Below are positions 9,282 to 18,638 of a stretch of 64,000 nt of DNA, piece after piece. Where the stretch lies: NCBI GenBank assembly GCA_963773675.1, contig CAVZCG010000016.1, positions 232,745-296,744 of the forward strand. Reading direction: 5' to 3'. The position numbers were made by a program, and so were the translations under genes. Every line of letters starts with the position of its first letter. Within the stretch, counting starts at the first letter, position 1. The stretch is from an uncultured Acidobacteriaceae bacterium (GTDB lineage Bacteria; Acidobacteriota; Terriglobia; Terriglobales; Acidobacteriaceae). Under the pieces are notes generated by a model. That model was given only the letters and a program-made list of their open reading frames with translations, was not told the origin of the DNA and did not search any database.

Positions 9282-10520
9282 TCAATGAATCGTCTTCGTC
9301 TTCCGGGACATGTAATCCATCAGCAGATATTGCCCGAGCGTATAGGGAGTCGTGAAGTACGCTTTTCCGCGGCACATCTCCGTGACTTTCTGAACGAATT
9401 GCACCAAGCCATAATCGGACGCGAGCATGAACGTATTGATCAGGACGCCGGCACGCTTGCACTTCGAGACTTCTTCCAGCGTCTGGCTGACCACCAGCGG
9501 ATCGAGGCCGAAGGCGTTTTTGTAAATGCGTCCATCCTCCAGCGTGAGCGCGGAGGGTTTCCCGTCGGTGATCATGACAATCTGCTTCATGTCTTTTCTC
9601 TGCCGCTGCAAAATCCGCTGCGCCAGCCGCAAGCCTTCGCGCGTGTTCGTGTAATACGGTCCAACTTTCACGCGCGCGAGCTGCGAGAGCGGCACCTCTT
9701 CAGCGGAATCATGGAAGAGCACCAGCGACAGCGAGTCGCCGGGATACTGGGTGCGGATTAAATGAGACAGCGCCATGGCTACTTTTTTCGCGGGCGTGAA
9801 CCGGTCTTCGCCGTAGAGAATCATCGAATGCGAACAGTCGAGCATAAGCACCGTCGCGCAGGAAGATTGATACTCACACTGATGAACCTGCAGGTCGGAG
9901 TATTCGATGTTGAGCGGCAGGGAGAGCCCCTCGCGCTGGATGGCGCTCGAGAGCGTGGCCGTGATATCGAGGTTGAGTGTGTCGCCGAATTCGTACCTTT
10001 TGGAAGCCCCGCTGGCTTCAATGCCAGTGGCGAGATCGCGCGTGTCGTGGCGTCCAAAGCTGGATTTGCCCAGCGAGCCGAGCAAATTGCGCAGCGATTT
10101 AAATCCAAGAAAGTCGAGGCTCTTATCGGTGATTTCGAACTTGGCCTGCTGCTGGTTTTCACCAACCTGCCCGCCCACGCCCGACGGCCGTGAAGGGTCC
10201 GGCGGCTGATCGACGGAAATGTAATCCTCCTGCTGCATGCGCTCGATCAGTTTTTCGATAAGTTCATCGAGTTCACCGTCCGCCGCCATTTGCTCGAGGC
10301 GCTCGCGCATCTCGTCGTCGAACGCGTCGCCATCCATCAGAGCCTGCTCGATCGCGCGCCGAAGATCATCGAGCGTCTGCTCGCCCTCCGGCATCTCGTA
10401 CCACATGTCGCTCTGGAAGCCGCTCTGCAGCAGGTAATCAGAGAGCGCGCCGAGCAAGTCTTCCATGCTCATCTCGCCCGCGGGATCGGGAACGTATTTG
10501 GTGTAGCGAATGCGTTTCAT
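9282..10520 (-). CDS. VWA domain-containing protein
   Basis: 412 aa. The C-terminal half has MIDAS-like [10 protein letters not shown] and a von Willebrand A layout. It lies directly downstream of an Mg-chelatase-like AAA+ gene. Confidence 0.75.
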   Translation of the reverse strand: MKRIRYTKYVPDPAGEMSMEDLLGALSDYLLQSGFQSDMWYEMPEGEQTLDDLRRAIEQALMDGDAFDDEMRERLEQMAADGELDELIEKLIERMQQEDYISVDQPPDPSRPSGVGGQVGENQQQAKFEITDKSLDFLGFKSLRNLLGSLGKSSFGRHDTRDLATGIEASGASKRYEFGDTLNLDITATLSSAIQREGLSLPLNIEYSDLQVHQCEYQSSCATVLMLDCSHSMILYGEDRFTPAKKVAMALSHLIRTQYPGDSLSLVLFHDSAEEVPLSQLARVKVGPYYTNTREGLRLAQRILQRQRKDMKQIVMITDGKPSALTLEDGRIYKNAFGLDPLVVSQTLEEVSKCKRAGVLINTFMLASDYGLVQFVQKVTEMCRGKAYFTTPYTLGQYLLMDYMSRKTKTIH

Positions 10521-10596
10521 AAAAGCGGTGATCAGTGGTTAGTGATCGGTGGCCAGTCAGAACAAAACCTCGCGCTAATTTCTGGCCACTGACCAC

Positions 10597-12093
10597 TTAA
10601 TTGAACTGCCTTCTCTGCCGGTACGGTGGTTCCTCCTTGTCGAACCCTTTCTCGCGCACCGGTTCCGGCTTTTTCTCTCCGGCTTTGAAGACTCGCTCTT
10701 CATTGCGCCCGATGCGTTTGTGGGCGTGCAGGCCTTCAAGGATGAATTCCGCAGCCGACACCTGTTGCTCCGGACTTTCCTTCTGCGAAACCCCGAGCGG
10801 CCCGAGTTTATCGATCAGGCCCTGAATTTCCTTAAGATTTTCCAGCGCTTCGAGGGCGGGGACGGAATCCGAAAGCTGAATCTCCCCCCCGAGGTCGAAC
10901 CACTGCACGATCTGCTGCACATTCGCGCCGGTAAAGTATTCGTCGTAGGTTTTCGCGATGGCCGCGCGAATAAGTTCTCGTCCAACAAAGTCCGCGCCTT
11001 TCATTTCGCCTTCGTATTCGAGTTCAAGTTTTCCGGTGATGGCAGGCAGCGCTGCGTAGACATCGCTGATGCGCGGCACAACAAGTTTTTCGTCATTGCG
11101 CAAAGCGCGTCGCTCCGCATTCGAAATCACATTCTCCATCGCCGAAATCGGCAGTCGCTGGCTGACACCGCTACGCTTGTCGATCTTCTTGTCTTCGCGA
11201 GCGGCGAACGCGATGCGCTCGATCACTTCCTGAATGTAGGTTGGCAGGTGCATGGCGTGCCCATTGCGATTCGTCCAAGCTTCCTGCGCAGTGATCGCGA
11301 TGCCTTCATCCACCGTTGCGGGATAGTGCGTCCGAATCTCCGATCCGATGCGGTCTTTGAGCGGCGTGATGATTTTTCCGCGAGCCGTGTAGTCCTCCGG
11401 ATTCGCGCTGAACACGATCGCGAGATCGAGCGGCAGACGGATCGGATATCCCTTAATCTGCACGTCGCCTTCCTGCATGATGTTGAATAGGCCAACCTGG
11501 ATTTTTCCCGCGAGGTCAGGAAGTTCGTTGACCGCGAAGATGCCGCGATTGGCACGAGGCAGCAGGCCGTAGTGCACCGTGAATTCGCTCGAGAGTTCGT
11601 GGCCGCCGCGCGCGGCTTTAATGGGATCGATATCACCGATAAGGTCGGCAATGGTGACGTCGGGCGTGGCCAGCTTTTCCACGTAGCGATCGTCGGGAGT
11701 GAGATAAGCGATGGGAGTAGCGTCGCCGAGCCGCGCCACTTCTTCACGGCAGCGGCGGCAGATCGGCGAATAAGGATTATCGCGGATCTCACAGCCGAGA
11801 AGGTAAGGCATTTGCGGATCCAGCAGCGTCGTCAACGCCCGCAGGATGCGGCTTTTGGCCTGGCCACGCAAGCCGAGCAAAATGAAATTGTGCCGCGAAA
11901 GAACAGCGTTTACGATCTGCGGCACTACGGTGTCGTCGTAGCCGACGATGCCGGGAAAAAGGCTGGCGTCATCGCTCTGCCGCAAGCGGGCGATGAGATT
12001 CTCCCGGAGTTCATCTTTCACCCGGCGGCTGCGCAAACGTTCTTCGGAAAAGGGACTGCGACGCAGTTCGCCAAGTGTGCGAGGAAGACTCAT
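10597..12093 (-). CDS. Mg-chelatase (BchI/ChlI)-like AAA+ ATPase
   Basis: 498 aa. Walker A-like LLGLRGQAKS and Walker B-like IFAVNELPDL. Overall BchI-like arrangement, paired with the VWA gene. Confidence 0.75.
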   Translation of the reverse strand: MSLPRTLGELRRSPFSEERLRSRRVKDELRENLIARLRQSDDASLFPGIVGYDDTVVPQIVNAVLSRHNFILLGLRGQAKSRILRALTTLLDPQMPYLLGCEIRDNPYSPICRRCREEVARLGDATPIAYLTPDDRYVEKLATPDVTIADLIGDIDPIKAARGGHELSSEFTVHYGLLPRANRGIFAVNELPDLAGKIQVGLFNIMQEGDVQIKGYPIRLPLDLAIVFSANPEDYTARGKIITPLKDRIGSEIRTHYPATVDEGIAITAQEAWTNRNGHAMHLPTYIQEVIERIAFAAREDKKIDKRSGVSQRLPISAMENVISNAERRALRNDEKLVVPRISDVYAALPAITGKLELEYEGEMKGADFVGRELIRAAIAKTYDEYFTGANVQQIVQWFDLGGEIQLSDSVPALEALENLKEIQGLIDKLGPLGVSQKESPEQQVSAAEFILEGLHAHKRIGRNEERVFKAGEKKPEPVREKGFDKEEPPYRQRRQFN

Positions 12094-12153
12094 GGAACCC
12101 CCAGAAATACTTTCCTGGATTATACGCGGGTTTGCGGCGGTCCGATTTCGGGC

Positions 12154-12762
12154 TCAGTGCACGTGTCCATTGCCGCCAGCCTTTTCCCGGGCGCGGGCGG
12201 CGCGATGCAGGTTCGGAATCAGTTTTTCCAGATAAGTGATAAGCAGGGAAAGGCGTTCCGCTTCCGAGCGCAGCGAGAGCAACTTCTGTTTGAAATCCAG
12301 ATCGAGGGGCAGGGATCCGGCAAGATAAAAAGACAGGGACGACGGGTCAGCGCCGGAGATATCCTGCTGCGCTCCCGCGATCGCCAGCAGTTCTGCGTGC
12401 AACTGAACCGCACGATCCGTGTCTTCTTTCGGCGGCGCGCCGGGTTCATCGTCGATCATCACAACTTCCGCTTGTAGGAAGGAACGCTCCTGATTCACTC
12501 CCAGAAGTTCGAAACGCCGGCGCCCTTCAGTAACGAGGTCGAGGCGTCCATCGGAATATTCTTTGACCACGGTCACGATTTCGGCGGTGCATCCCACTTC
12601 AGCCAGACTCTGCTCCACCGCGCGGATGACGCCAAACAATCGATTCTGCGCCAGGCATTCGCCAATCATCTCTTTGTAGCGCGGTTCGAAAATATGCAGC
12701 GGCAGTGGAGTGCCGGGAAACAGCACGACATCCAGCGGGAACAAGGGAATGAAGGTGGCCAA
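12154..12762 (-). CDS. LON N-terminal (substrate-binding) domain protein
   Basis: IPLFPLDVVLFPGTPLPLHIFEPRYKEMI is the hallmark start of the LON N-terminal domain. No ATPase or protease domain is present (202 aa). Confidence 0.85.
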   Translation of the reverse strand: MATFIPLFPLDVVLFPGTPLPLHIFEPRYKEMIGECLAQNRLFGVIRAVEQSLAEVGCTAEIVTVVKEYSDGRLDLVTEGRRRFELLGVNQERSFLQAEVVMIDDEPGAPPKEDTDRAVQLHAELLAIAGAQQDISGADPSSLSFYLAGSLPLDLDFKQKLLSLRSEAERLSLLITYLEKLIPNLHRAARAREKAGGNGHVH

Positions 12763-12864
12763 GCAGTCTCCGTGAGCGCGGGAATCCGCACAAAAATGAG
12801 CAGGCTAACCCTGATTGTACCGCAGCGCTTGACTTCGCCAGTTGCGTAGGAATAAAAGCGCGCT

Positions 12865-13647
12865 ATGGAACTTGCAGGAAAAATTGTGGTGGTCACAGGC
12901 GCTTCCATGGGTATCGGGGAAGCGATTGCCAAACTTTTCGCCGACCGGGGGGCGACGTTAGTGATGCTGTCGCGCGATTCCGGCCGCGTGGAAGCGGCGC
13001 GTGCCCGCGTGGGACACAGCGAGCGAACGCTGGCGATGGCCTGTGATGTACGCCATCGCGAGGAAATTGACCGCGCGGTCGGCCTGACGCTGCATCACTA
13101 CCAGCGCATCGATGTCTGGGTCAATAACGCCGGGCATGGGCTGCTGGACTCTGTCGCCCAAATGGAGATGGCGGCGTGCCGCGAGATGTTCGACACGAAT
13201 TTCTTTGGCGCGGTGATGGGCATGCAGGCTGTCGTTCCGATCATGCGCCAGCAGGGCGGCGGCGCCATCATCAACATTTCCAGCGTAGCCGGCCATATTC
13301 CGCTGCCCTTTCATGCCGCCTACAGCGCCACCAAGTTTGCCATGAATGCCATCGGCAAGGCGGCGGGCGTCGAATTGAAAAAGGATGGCATTCATGTCCT
13401 GACCGTCTGCCCTGGCTACGTGCGGACGGCCTTCGGCGAGAACGTGGTGCTTGGCAATGAACGGAAAAAAGTGCGCCCGAATTCCGTGCAAGGAATCACC
13501 GCCGAGCGCGTGGCGAGGGCTACGCTGCAAGGATATCTGAAGCAGAAAAGGGAAGTCATCGTGCCCTGGACGATGTATGCGCCGCAGAAGATTTATCAGT
13601 TGTTCCCAGCAGCGGTGGAATGGACGATGCAGAGAATGGCGAAGTAA
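12865..13647 (+). CDS. SDR-family oxidoreductase
   Basis: VTGASMGIGEAIA (TGxxxGxG), NNAG, and the YSATK catalytic YxxxK. Confidence 0.9.
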   Translation: MELAGKIVVVTGASMGIGEAIAKLFADRGATLVMLSRDSGRVEAARARVGHSERTLAMACDVRHREEIDRAVGLTLHHYQRIDVWVNNAGHGLLDSVAQMEMAACREMFDTNFFGAVMGMQAVVPIMRQQGGGAIINISSVAGHIPLPFHAAYSATKFAMNAIGKAAGVELKKDGIHVLTVCPGYVRTAFGENVVLGNERKKVRPNSVQGITAERVARATLQGYLKQKREVIVPWTMYAPQKIYQLFPAAVEWTMQRMAK

Positions 13648-13680
13648 TGTCCGTCTCTTCGCTATGCTTGAACGGCGGAA

Positions 13681-13989
13681 TTATCCCAACTCCGCTAGCA
13701 TGGCTTCCATCTCCGACTGCGCATGCAAGTTGCCGCTCCGCCGGGCCGAGGCGATTCCTTCACCCAGCATCGTCTTCGCTTCGGCGGCGCGGTCGGCCCG
13801 AACCAGCGCTTGCGCGGCCATGAAATATCCGGGCGTGTAGTCGGGATTGGCCTTGAGCAGGATGGAGAATTCCGCCAGTGCGCGATCCAAATCGCCCTGC
13901 TTCGAATATTCCATCGCCAACCCGTAGCGGGCAAACGTGTCGTTCGGATCCTGTGTAAGAATTTCGTTGAGCGCGGCGATGCGGTCCAT
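13681..13989 (-). CDS. small tetratricopeptide-repeat protein
   Basis: 102 aa with TPR-like periodicity (ARYGLAMEYSKQGDLDRALAEF..., GYFMAAQALVRADRAAEAK). Confidence 0.65.
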   Translation of the reverse strand: MDRIAALNEILTQDPNDTFARYGLAMEYSKQGDLDRALAEFSILLKANPDYTPGYFMAAQALVRADRAAEAKTMLGEGIASARRSGNLHAQSEMEAMLAELG

Positions 13990-14121
13990 AGGCAGATCTC
14001 GTTTATGACGAGGTTAGTATAAACGCCATCCTCGTGCATGGTTTCCGGACAGTGGCTTGCGTTCAGTACCATGAGTAGAATGGACGCTCCTGGAAATTCT
14101 TGGTGTTGAGGGAGGCCTGCG

Positions 14122-14580
14122 TTGGCGTGTCCGTTTTTTATGCCGGTGGAGAAGTTGGAGAATGGAACTTGGCTGCATGCGACTCGCCTGCCACTGGGAT
14201 GCGGGTGGAGTGGGCTCTGCACCGCGCCCGGACACGAGAATGAGACGCCATCCGTCGACGATCTACAGCAGTTCTGCAATCTGGGTTACGCCGAAGGCTG
14301 CGGTCGTTTGCCCAGGGATCGCGAGTGGGATTCGATCCGCTTCGGAGCAAGAACCTTGGGCGGCGACAAACAGAATGGTACAGCCAGCCGTATTCAACTT
14401 CGCTACGTGTGCGAGCGCGATCATCGTCCGACCGAACACGGAATCATTGAATTTGATGCGGCGGGGAATCGGCAGGAACCGCGACATCACGACCCCCGCT
14501 TACAACGGATGGCGGAGTGCTTCGTAGAGTCCTACGTCGAAAAACGGAGGCGGCAAACAACTGCCGCACTCGCAAGTTGA
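14122..14580 (+). CDS. Cys-rich hypothetical protein
   Basis: 152-aa ORF with a TTG start 6 nt after GAGGGAGG. No recognisable domain. Confidence 0.4.
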   Translation: MACPFFMPVEKLENGTWLHATRLPLGCGWSGLCTAPGHENETPSVDDLQQFCNLGYAEGCGRLPRDREWDSIRFGARTLGGDKQNGTASRIQLRYVCERDHRPTEHGIIEFDAAGNRQEPRHHDPRLQRMAECFVESYVEKRRRQTTAALAS

Positions 14581-14593
14581 GGATAAGCAAGCT

Positions 14594-15100
14594 ATGAGCG
14601 AAGAGACGTTAACCCTAACGCCCCGCCCAGTGCGGGATTCGCAATCGGAAATGGCAGAGATTGTTCTGCCTAATGACGCCAATCCGCTGGGCGCGCTGCT
14701 CGGCGGCCGCTTGATGCACTGGATCGATCTAGCCGGCGCGATGGCCGTGCATCGTCATTCGCGCAGCTACGCGGTAACCGCGTCGGTCGATCACATCGAC
14801 TTTCTGGTGCCGGTGCGAGTGGGCGATCTGGTAATTCTCAAGTCGTCCGTGAACCGGGTTTTTCAGACCTCGATGGAAGTCGGGGTCAAGGTTTTCGTCG
14901 AGAACTACCTCGCCGACACCGCGCAACACGTGGCCTCGGCTCACTTGACGTTCGTGGCTGTAGACGCCAAAGGAAATCGCTTGAAGGTCGCGCCCGTCAT
15001 CCCCGAGACAGATGAGCAACGGCGCCGCTATGACGACGCCGGACGCCGACGCGAGAATCGTCGCGCCGAGATGGAACGGCGGCGCAAGGCCAAGCGATAA
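14594..15100 (+). CDS. acyl-CoA thioesterase (hotdog fold, YciA-like)
   Basis: PNDANPLGALLGGRLMHWIDLAG and VTASVDHIDFLVPVRVGD are typical of 4HBT/YciA-type thioesterases. Confidence 0.8.
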   Translation: MSEETLTLTPRPVRDSQSEMAEIVLPNDANPLGALLGGRLMHWIDLAGAMAVHRHSRSYAVTASVDHIDFLVPVRVGDLVILKSSVNRVFQTSMEVGVKVFVENYLADTAQHVASAHLTFVAVDAKGNRLKVAPVIPETDEQRRRYDDAGRRRENRRAEMERRRKAKR

Positions 15101-15177
15101 TCCACAGCTCGATGTGACCGCCGTCACATCAGACTTTGAACGGACTGAATAGGCTGTTTGGTTCTTCAGGATTTCCT

Positions 15178-16515
15178 ATGGACAGTGCCCTCCTCGTTCA
15201 TCGCATTCACTTCGCCTTCACCGTTACCTTCCACTATCTCTTCCCGCAGCTGACCATGGGGCTGGCCCCGCTCATCGTAGTGCTCAAGACCCTGGGCCTT
15301 CGGCGCAACGATGAGACTTACCATCAGGCGGCGCGCTTCTGGGCGAAGATTTTTGGCATCAACTTTCTTCTGGGTGTGGTCACTGGAATTCCCATGGAAT
15401 TTCAGTTTGGCACCAACTGGTCGCATTTCTCGCGCTACGCCGGCGGGGTGATCGGGCAGACGCTGGCCATGGAAGGCATGTTCGCGTTTTTCCTGGAGTC
15501 GGCGTTTCTTGGCCTCTTTCTCTACGGAGAGAAGCGCCTCAGCCCTCGCGCTCATTGGTGGTCGGCGGTCGCTGTCTTCGCGGGATCATGGTTGTCCGGT
15601 TATTTCATCATTGCCACGGATGCCTGGATGCAGCATCCCGTGGGCTATTCCAAAGCGGCGGATGGCTCGTTGCAACTCTCCAGCTTTTGGGCTCTGGTGA
15701 TGAATCCCTGGGCTTGGTGGCAGTATGCGCACAATATGAGTGGCGCTGTGATCACCGGTTCTATTGTGATGGCGTCCGTGGGTGCGTTTTACTTGCTTTG
15801 GGGGAAATTCGAGGCGCACGGGCGAATTTTCGTACGCACCGGCGTGATCGCTGGACTGATCTTCAGCGTGTTGCAGTTATTTCCCACCGGCGATGGTCAG
15901 GGCCGCATGATTGCCGCTAACCAACCCGTCACACTCGCCGCTATGGAAGCGCTCTTCGTCGGCCAGTCCGGTGCGCCGCTCGTCATCCTGGGACAACCAA
16001 ACGTCGCCGAGCGAAAAATCGATAACCCCTTGGAGGTCCCTTCCGCGCTCAGCTTTTTGACCTACCGCGAATGGGCAGCCAATGTGAAAGGTTTGGACTC
16101 GTTCCCGCAAGACCTTTGGCCGGAGAACGTCGCGCTACTTTATTACAGCTACCACATCATGGTGGGCTTAGGGACGATCTTCATCGCCATTATGGCTGTG
16201 TCCGCGTTCCTGCTGTGGCGTGGCAAGTTGTTTTCCGCTCACTGGATGCTGTGGATTCTGCTGCTCGCCCTGCCATTCCCCTACATTGCCAACACGGCAG
16301 GTTGGATGACCGCAGAACTGGGCCGGCAGCCGTGGCTGGTGTACGGCCTGATGCGCACGGCAGACGGATATTCGAAGATGGTTTCGGCGGGCAACGGGAT
16401 GTTTACCCTCCTGGGCTTCCTCGGCATGTACACCGTGCTCGGCATTCTGTTTTTGTTCCTGGTACGGCGCGAAATCGAGCATGGGCCGGTTGCCGAAGCA
16501 AGTTCGCAGCACTAG
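15178..16515 (+). CDS. cydA: cytochrome bd ubiquinol oxidase subunit I
   Basis: N-terminus MDSALLVHRIHFAFTVTFHYLFPQLTMGL, GRQPW motif (AELGRQPWLVYG), multi-TM protein. The start was chosen at ATG 15178 rather than the TTG at 15136. Confidence 0.9.
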   Translation: MDSALLVHRIHFAFTVTFHYLFPQLTMGLAPLIVVLKTLGLRRNDETYHQAARFWAKIFGINFLLGVVTGIPMEFQFGTNWSHFSRYAGGVIGQTLAMEGMFAFFLESAFLGLFLYGEKRLSPRAHWWSAVAVFAGSWLSGYFIIATDAWMQHPVGYSKAADGSLQLSSFWALVMNPWAWWQYAHNMSGAVITGSIVMASVGAFYLLWGKFEAHGRIFVRTGVIAGLIFSVLQLFPTGDGQGRMIAANQPVTLAAMEALFVGQSGAPLVILGQPNVAERKIDNPLEVPSALSFLTYREWAANVKGLDSFPQDLWPENVALLYYSYHIMVGLGTIFIAIMAVSAFLLWRGKLFSAHWMLWILLLALPFPYIANTAGWMTAELGRQPWLVYGLMRTADGYSKMVSAGNGMFTLLGFLGMYTVLGILFLFLVRREIEHGPVAEASSQH

Positions 16516-16621
16516 TTTTGCAGGAGCAGTTTCGCAACGCTAGACTTTGGGTCGCAGGAGCAGTTTCGCAACGCTAGACTTTGGGTCGCCGCAGCAGTTT
16601 CGCAGCACTAGCGTTTGGGTG
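16498..16621 (+). repeat. tandem 34-bp repeat (about 3.5 copies) starting inside the cydA stop region
   Basis: GCAGGAGCAGTTTCGCAACGCTAGACTTTGGGTC at 16520-16553 and 16554-16587 (identical). Degenerate copies at 16498-16519 (includes the cydA stop, CACTAG) and 16588-16621. Confidence 0.9.
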
Positions 16622-16681
16622 GCGCAGCGGTTCACCGCTGCGATAACGGTCGGTTAAAGATGCGGGCTTTAGCCCCTGAGG
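16614..16681. repeat. REP-like double-hairpin element (family B)
   Basis: TTTGGGTGGCGCAGCGGTTCACCGCTGCGATAA ... GCGGGCTTTAGCCCCTGAGG. Near-identical architecture occurs at 42393-42465. Confidence 0.75.
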
Positions 16682-16700
16682 CATCGCTGTAAGGAGCGCA

Positions 16701-17741
16701 ATGGAAACGTTATGGTTCATGATCGTCGCCGTGATGGTTGCGGCTTACGTGGTTCTCGATGGATTCGATCTGGGCGCGGGCGCAATTTACCTCGGCGCCG
16801 CCCGCACCAGCGACGAGCGGCGAAAGATTCTGCGCGCCATCGGTCCCGTCTGGGACGGCAATGAAGTCTGGCTGCTAGCCGCCGGTGGAACGCTGTACTT
16901 CGCATTCCCGCTGCTCTATGCCTCCAGCTTCAGCGGCTTCTATCTGCCTCTCATGATGGTGCTCTGGCTCCTCATGCTGCGCGGCATCGGAATCGAACTC
17001 CGCGCACACATGGAACATCCCGTCTGGATGGGCTTCTTCGATTTAATCTTCTGCGTGTCCAGTGTGCTGCTCGCCATCTTTTTTGGCGCAGCTCTGGGCA
17101 ACGTAGTTCGCGGCGTGCCTCTCGGAGCCGACGGCTATTTCTTCGAGCCGCTCTGGACAAATTTCCGCGTCGGCGCCAACACCGGAATTCTCGACTGGTA
17201 CACTATCCTCACCGGCGTCATTGCGCTGGTCACGCTGACCGCACACGGCGCGTTATATATCGCAGTGAAAACCGAGGATGATCTAGGCCATCGCGCCCGC
17301 ACCGTGGCGCTGTGGGCGTGGCCTCTGCAGTTAGTCCTGACCATCGTCGGCCTGGTTGCAACTACCTACATTCGTCCCACGGTTCTCGATAACTACAAAC
17401 AGCACGCCATCGGATATTTCATTCCCGTGGTTGTCTTCGGCAGTCTCAGCCTGATGATCTACGCCATCCGCAAGGGGCAGGACAAGCTCGCCTTCGTCGG
17501 CTCGGCCCTCTACATCGTCGGAATGCTGGTAGGCGCAGCCTTCGCGCTCTATCCCGTGGTCTTGCCGTCGAGCAGCAATCCCGCCTACAACCTCACCATC
17601 TACAACACTGCCGCTGGCCGCCACGGCCTCACCGTCGGCTTCACCTGGTGGGCTATCGGCATGGTTCTGGCTCTCGGCTACTTCACCCTTCTGTTCCGCA
17701 TGTTTCGAGGCAAAGTGCGGCTCGAAGGCGAAGGCTACTAG
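16701..17741 (+). CDS. cydB: cytochrome bd ubiquinol oxidase subunit II
   Basis: 346-aa polytopic protein. The start METLWFMIVAVMVAAYVVLDGFDLGAG is the typical CydB N-terminus. Confidence 0.9.
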   Translation: METLWFMIVAVMVAAYVVLDGFDLGAGAIYLGAARTSDERRKILRAIGPVWDGNEVWLLAAGGTLYFAFPLLYASSFSGFYLPLMMVLWLLMLRGIGIELRAHMEHPVWMGFFDLIFCVSSVLLAIFFGAALGNVVRGVPLGADGYFFEPLWTNFRVGANTGILDWYTILTGVIALVTLTAHGALYIAVKTEDDLGHRARTVALWAWPLQLVLTIVGLVATTYIRPTVLDNYKQHAIGYFIPVVVFGSLSLMIYAIRKGQDKLAFVGSALYIVGMLVGAAFALYPVVLPSSSNPAYNLTIYNTAAGRHGLTVGFTWWAIGMVLALGYFTLLFRMFRGKVRLEGEGY

Positions 17742-18526
17742 AAACCGTTGCAAGTCGGCATCGGGACGAAAGGATCGACGTGTGTCCGCGATTTCACCTC
17801 TATGCATTCAAGTACGTTACTTGCCAGAAGGGCCGAGATCAGTTCCTTGCAGCCACCCACGACCGTGACATCAAGGTCAAAATCCGCGCAGACGCACCAA
17901 GCATGGTCCGACGGCCACCAATATTCGAAGCCGTACCGGTAGGTTCCGGTCTTCAGAAAATCGCTTACCCCTCCTATCGAGCCTTTGAAAAGGGGCGGCT
18001 TGCTTTTACCGACGAACGGGATGTCAGAGAATCGAAAGAAGCACTGCGCATCACCTGTATACGGGCTCAGGCTCGAAACCAGTTCCTTACACTCCTCTCC
18101 CACAGGCCACGCCCCGCCAGAACGAAGAAATCTCGACAAGCACCATCCTTCTAACTTCGAGCGATACCACTCGAAGCTTATCTCGGCGGCAAACGGAACA
18201 TTCAGTAGCGTCGCCAGTTCTTTCCACCTGACTCCTGTCCCCTGCCCACTGGCTCGCCGCCGTTCGACAAACGATTTCAATGGCTCACACGGCGGAATCT
18301 TCAGAACGGCGATCTCGGCCGCCGAGAGCGGATTGTCGATGACGTCATAGCGAGCTTCGACGCGATGTAGAATTCTGGCGTATGCTTCAAATACCTCTGG
18401 CATCAAATGGGAAACAAACACCCCGGGCAGTCCAGGAGATAAGACGCTCCTTTTCTCAGGCGCTCCCAGTTCGTCGCGTCCACTACGAATCCACTCAAAC
18501 GCGGTCTCGTCCTGTTCTGGCTCCAT
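17738..18526 (-). CDS. hypothetical protein
   Basis: 262-aa ORF convergent with cydB. Trp/Cys-rich C-terminus (FEYWWPSDHAWCVCADFDLDVTVVGG). No motif I can assign. Confidence 0.5.
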   Translation of the reverse strand: MEPEQDETAFEWIRSGRDELGAPEKRSVLSPGLPGVFVSHLMPEVFEAYARILHRVEARYDVIDNPLSAAEIAVLKIPPCEPLKSFVERRRASGQGTGVRWKELATLLNVPFAAEISFEWYRSKLEGWCLSRFLRSGGAWPVGEECKELVSSLSPYTGDAQCFFRFSDIPFVGKSKPPLFKGSIGGVSDFLKTGTYRYGFEYWWPSDHAWCVCADFDLDVTVVGGCKELISALLASNVLECIEVKSRTHVDPFVPMPTCNGF

Positions 18527-18638
18527 GAGCGAATATCAAGGCATCGTATGCAAGTCTACTAGTCGGCGTCCCTGTATAATCGAACCTTCGGATAATTAGT
18601 GTTCGATCCATCCTGACTTTTTCCTGGAGTGTGATCCC

